Position numbers and translations under genes: made by a program
Shown: positions 59,801 through 64,000 of the stretch, in pieces
How the letters are laid out: every line of letters begins with the position of its first letter
Numbering within the stretch: position 1 is the stretch's first letter
Source of the DNA: Mobula birostris
Lineage: Eukaryota
DNA: 64,000 nt
Direction: 5' to 3'
Assembly: GCF_030028105.1 (NCBI RefSeq)
Contig: NC_092376.1
Location: 77,920,935 to 77,984,934, forward strand
The notes under the pieces: model-generated
Told to the model about the DNA's origin: nothing
Databases searched by the model: none
The model's input: only the letters and a program-made list of their open reading frames with translations

Positions 59801-62800
59801 TATCCAAGTTATGCCCCCAGCCTAATTTTGAGATTCGATCTGGTCAGTCTGAACGAATATTCCTTCGTGAAGAAGCTAAAGGAAGACTGAAGTTCTATGC
59901 AAAGAAAAAGATTGTAAATAATCGTTGTAGACTTCCTAAGGTCATTCTATCATCGTCATGTAATTTTATGCTTCCGGCTCCATCAATGAAGGATCACTTT
60001 GAGGAGTGTGAAATAATTAAAAACAACCAAATCATAGGCAATACTTCTGTTACGAAGAAAAGCAACAAAGGTAAAGGTAAAGATAAAGAAATGAATTTTT
60101 CTGATAAAATTTGTAGAGATTTAAACATTCATATTACACGGAAGAAAATTTCAACAAAACTGGGGCTTGCCATTGCATATTCAAAACTCTGAAAATGCCT
60201 TTATTCCTCCAGCTCCAAAACTAGTGTTATCCAAGTTATGCCCCCAGTCTAATTTTGAGATTCAGTTTTCTCAGTCTGAACCGACATTCCGTGATGAAGA
60301 ACATGAAAGAAGACTGGAGTTCTATGTAAAGAAAAAGATTGTGAATAATCGTTGGGGACTTCCTAAGGTCATTCTATCTTCGGCATGTAATTTTATGCCT
60401 CCGGCCCCATCAATGAAGGATCACTTTGAGGAGTGTGAAATAATTAAAAACAACCAAATCATAGGCAATACTTCTTTTAGGAAGACAACCAATAAAGATA
60501 AAGGTAAATCTGATATTTTCTTGATAAAACAGCATGTAGAAATTCACCAAGACACTCTGCCAGAAAAGGTGATGAAGTCCTATGAAATCACATCAAAGAG
60601 ATCATTTCCACAGCCTCTTCTAGCTAGAAATAGATTTAAAAAACCAAGACCATTGTATCTATCATTTATTGAAGAATATATTGTACATCGATTGGAGTTT
60701 AATTTTAAACACAAACAGATTAATCATCTCTGGGGTGCAGCAACTCCATATGATGCATCTTTAGGAATGCGAATTTGTTCAGTACCACCTCGACTTCCAG
60801 CAGTCAAAGTGAGTGGAGCTCAAGTAGAGCCTGTAAGTAGAGAAATTAATTTTTCTGATGAAATTTGTAGAGATTTAAACATTCATATTACACTGAAGAA
60901 ACTTCAACAAAACTGGGGCTTGCCATTGCATATTCAAAACTCTGAAAATGCCTTTATTCCACCAGCTCCAGAACTAGTGTTATCCAAGTTATGCCCCCAG
61001 CCTAATTTTGAGATTCGATCTGGTCAGTCTGAACGAATATTCCTTCGTGAAGAAGCTAAAGGAAGACTGAAGTTCTATGCAAAGAAAAAGATTGTAAATA
61101 ATCGTTGTAGACTTCCTAAGGTCATTCTATCATCGTCATGTAATGTTATGCCTCCGGCCCCATCAATGAAGGATCACTTTGAGGAGTGTGAAATAATTAA
61201 AAACAAACAAATCATAGGCGATACTTCTGTTACGAAGAAAAGCAACAAAGGTAAAGGTAAAGATAAAGAAATGAATTTTTCTGATAAAATTTGTAGACAT
61301 TTAAACATTCATATTACACGGAAGAAACTTCAACAAAACTAGGGCTTGCCATTGCATATTCAAAACACTGAAAATGCCTTTATTCCACCAGCTCCAAAAC
61401 TAGTGTTATTCAAGTTATGCCCCCAGCCTAATTTTGAGATTCAGTTTTCTCAGTCTAAACCGACATTCCGTGATGAAGAACATGAAAGAAGACTGGAGTT
61501 CTATGTAAAGAAAAAGATTGTAAATAATCGTTGTAGACTTCCTAAGGTCACTCTTATCATCGTCATGTAATTTTATGCCTCCGGCTCCATCAATGAAGGA
61601 TCACTTTGAGGAGTGTGAAATAATTAAAAACAACCAAATCATAGGCGATACTTCTTTTAAGAAGACAACCAATAAAGATAAAGGTAAATCTGATATTTCC
61701 TTGATAAAACAGCATGTAGAAATTCACAAAGACACTTTGCCAGAAAAGGTGATGAAGTCCTATGAAATCACATCAAAGAGATCATTTCCACAGCCTATTC
61801 TAGCTAGAAATAGATTTAAAAAACCAAGACCATTGTATCTATCATTTATTGAAGAATATATTGTACATCGATTGGAGTTTAATTTTAAACACAAACAGAT
61901 TAATCATCTCTGGGGTGCAGCAACTCCATATGATACATCTTTAGGAATGCGAATTTGTTCAGTACCCCCTCGACTTCCAGCAGTCAAAGTGAGTGGAGCT
62001 CAAGTAGAGCCTGTAAGTAGAGAAATTAATATTTCTGATGAAATTTGTAGAGATTTAAACATTCATATTACACGGAAGAAACTTCAACAAAACTGGGGCT
62101 TGCCATTGCATATTCAAAACTCTGAAAATGCCTTTATTCCACCAGCTCCAAAACTAGTGTTATCCAAGTTATGCCCCCAGCCTAATTTTGAGATTCGATC
62201 TGGTCAGTCTGAACGAATATTCCTTCGTGAAGAAGCTAAAGGAAGACTGAAGTTCTATGCAAAGAAAAAGATTGTAAATAATCGTTGTAGACTTCCTAAG
62301 GTCATTCTATCATCGTCATGTAATGTTATGCCTCCGGCCCCATCAATGAAGGATCACTTTGAGGAGTGTGAAATAATTAAAAACAACCAAATCATAGGCG
62401 ATACTTCTGTTACGAAGAAAAGCAACAAAGGTAAAGGTAAAGATAAAGAAATGAATTTTTCTGATAAAATTTGTAGAGATTTAAACATTCATATTACACG
62501 GAAGAAAATTTCAACAAAACTGGGGCTTGCCATTGCATATTCAAAACTCTGAAAATGCCTTTATTCCTCCAGCTCCAAAACTAGAGTTATCCAAGTTATG
62601 CCCCCAGTCTAATTTTGAGATTTAGTTTTCTCAGTCTGAACCGACATTCCGTGATGAAGAACATGAAAGAAGACTGGAGTTCTATGTAAAGAAAAAGATT
62701 GTGAATAATCGTTGGGGACTTCCTAAGGTTATTCTATCTTCGGCATGTAATTTTATGCCTCCGGCCCCATCAATGAAGGATCACTTTGAGGAGTGTGAAA

Positions 62801-64000
62801 TAATTAAAAACAACCAAATCATAGGCAATACTTCTTTTAAGAAGACAACCAATAAAGATAAAGGTAAATCTGATATTTTCTTGATAAAACAGCATGTAGA
62901 AATTCACCAAGACACTCTGCCAGAAAAGGTGATGAAGTCCTATGAAATCACATCAAAGAGATCATTTCCACAGCCTATTCTAGCTAGAAATAGATTTAAA
63001 AAACCAAGACCATTGTATCTATCATTTATTGAAGAATATATTGTACATCGATTGGAGTTTAATTTTAAACACAAACAGATTAATCATCTCTGGGGTGCAG
63101 CAACTCCATATGATGCATCTTTAGGAATGCGAATTTGTTCAGTACCACCTCGACTTCCAGCAGTCAAAGTGAGTGGAGCTCAAGTAGAGCCTGTAAGTAG
63201 AGAAATTAATTTTTCTGATGAAATTTGTAGAGATTTAAACATTCATATTACACGGAAGAAACTTCAACAAAACTGGGGCTTGCCATTGCATATTCAAAAT
63301 TCTGAAAATGCATTTATTCCACCAGCTCCAAAACTAGTGTTATCCAAGTTATGCCCCCAGCCTAATTTTGAGATTCGATATGGTCAGTCTGAACGAATAT
63401 TCCTTCGTGAAGAAGCTAAAGGAAGACTGAAGTTCTATGTAAAGAAAAAGATTGTAAATAATCGTTGTAGACTTCCTAAGGTCATTCTATCATCGTCATG
63501 TAATTTTATGCCTCCGGCTCCATCAATGAAGGATCACTTTGAGGAGTGTGAAATAATTAAAAACAAACAAATCATAGGCGATACTTCTGTTACGAAGAAA
63601 AGCAACAAAGGTAAAGGTAAAGATGAAGAAATGAATTTTTCTGATAAAATTTGTAGACATTTAAACATTCATATTACATGGAAGAAAATTTCAACAAAAC
63701 TGGGGCTTGCCATTGCATATTCAAAACTCTGAAAATGCATTTATTCCACCAGCTCCAAAACTAGTGTTATTCAAGTTATGCCCCCAGCCGAATTTTGAGA
63801 TTCGATCTGGTCAGTCTGAACGAATATTCCTTCGTGAAGAAGCTAAAGGAAGACTGAAGTTCTATGCAAAGAAAAAGATTGTGAATAATCGTTGGGGACT
63901 TCCTAAGGTCATTCTATCGTCGGCATGTAATTTTATGCCTCCGGCTCCATCAATGAATGATCACTTTGAGGAGTGTGAAATAATTGAATACAACCAAATC
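53892..64000 (+). pseudogene. Giant repeat-coding exon, SPATA31/FAM205/CCDC168-like, disrupted; runs off the window
   Basis: ORFs 54118-55140 (340 aa), 55221-58982 (1253 aa) and later fragments. Recurrent motif LExHIxKKxxxxxWGLPxxIxxSxxxF.PPAP and LEMCLRKQCLEIKMTCFPEILKE resemble motifs I recall from SPATA31 and CCDC168. No transposon domains. Confidence 0.6.
55220..64000 (+). repeat. Tandem array, 1179/1180-bp unit (753/754 + 426 bp subunits), over 7 units, with a 2360-bp higher-order period
   Basis: The anchor AGA(G/C)ATT..AC/TATTCAT occurs at 55398, 56151, 56577, 57330, 57756, 58509, 58935, 59689, 60115, 60869, 61295, 62049, 62475, 63229 and 63655. Confidence 0.97.

Noticed and set aside
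55220-64000. CRISPR-like or other prokaryotic repeat system
   Set aside because: Units are about 1.2 kb, contiguous and coding, with no unique spacers or cas genes; the context is vertebrate.

Overview
Vertebrate nuclear DNA, very repeat-rich. The CR1 microsatellite tails, Penelope elements, V-SINEs and Rex1 LINEs suggest a cartilaginous fish such as a ray (inference). Positions 1-45.7 kb are a nest of mobile elements: a hAT-Charlie remnant, CR1 and Rex1 LINEs, mariner and Tc1 derivatives, Penelope elements with hammerhead ribozyme motifs, a deleted BEL/Pao element, a solo LTR, two full-length Gypsy elements with LTRs, PBS and TSDs, a CHCHD2/10 retrocopy with a 15-bp TSD, and an env-bearing endogenous retrovirus. 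The ERV has no 5' LTR: it starts exactly at its tRNA-Ser PBS, yet is cleanly flanked by a 4-bp TSD. Its leader carries three covarying copies of an RNA stem-loop. From 46.5 kb there is a CpG island with a putative transmembrane-coding first exon. It is followed by a giant, transposon-interrupted exon resembling the SPATA31/FAM205/CCDC168 family, amplified as a 1179/1180-bp coding tandem array whose stops and frameshifts recur at 2360-bp spacing. Coordinates were read by eye; ends of degraded elements are approximate.
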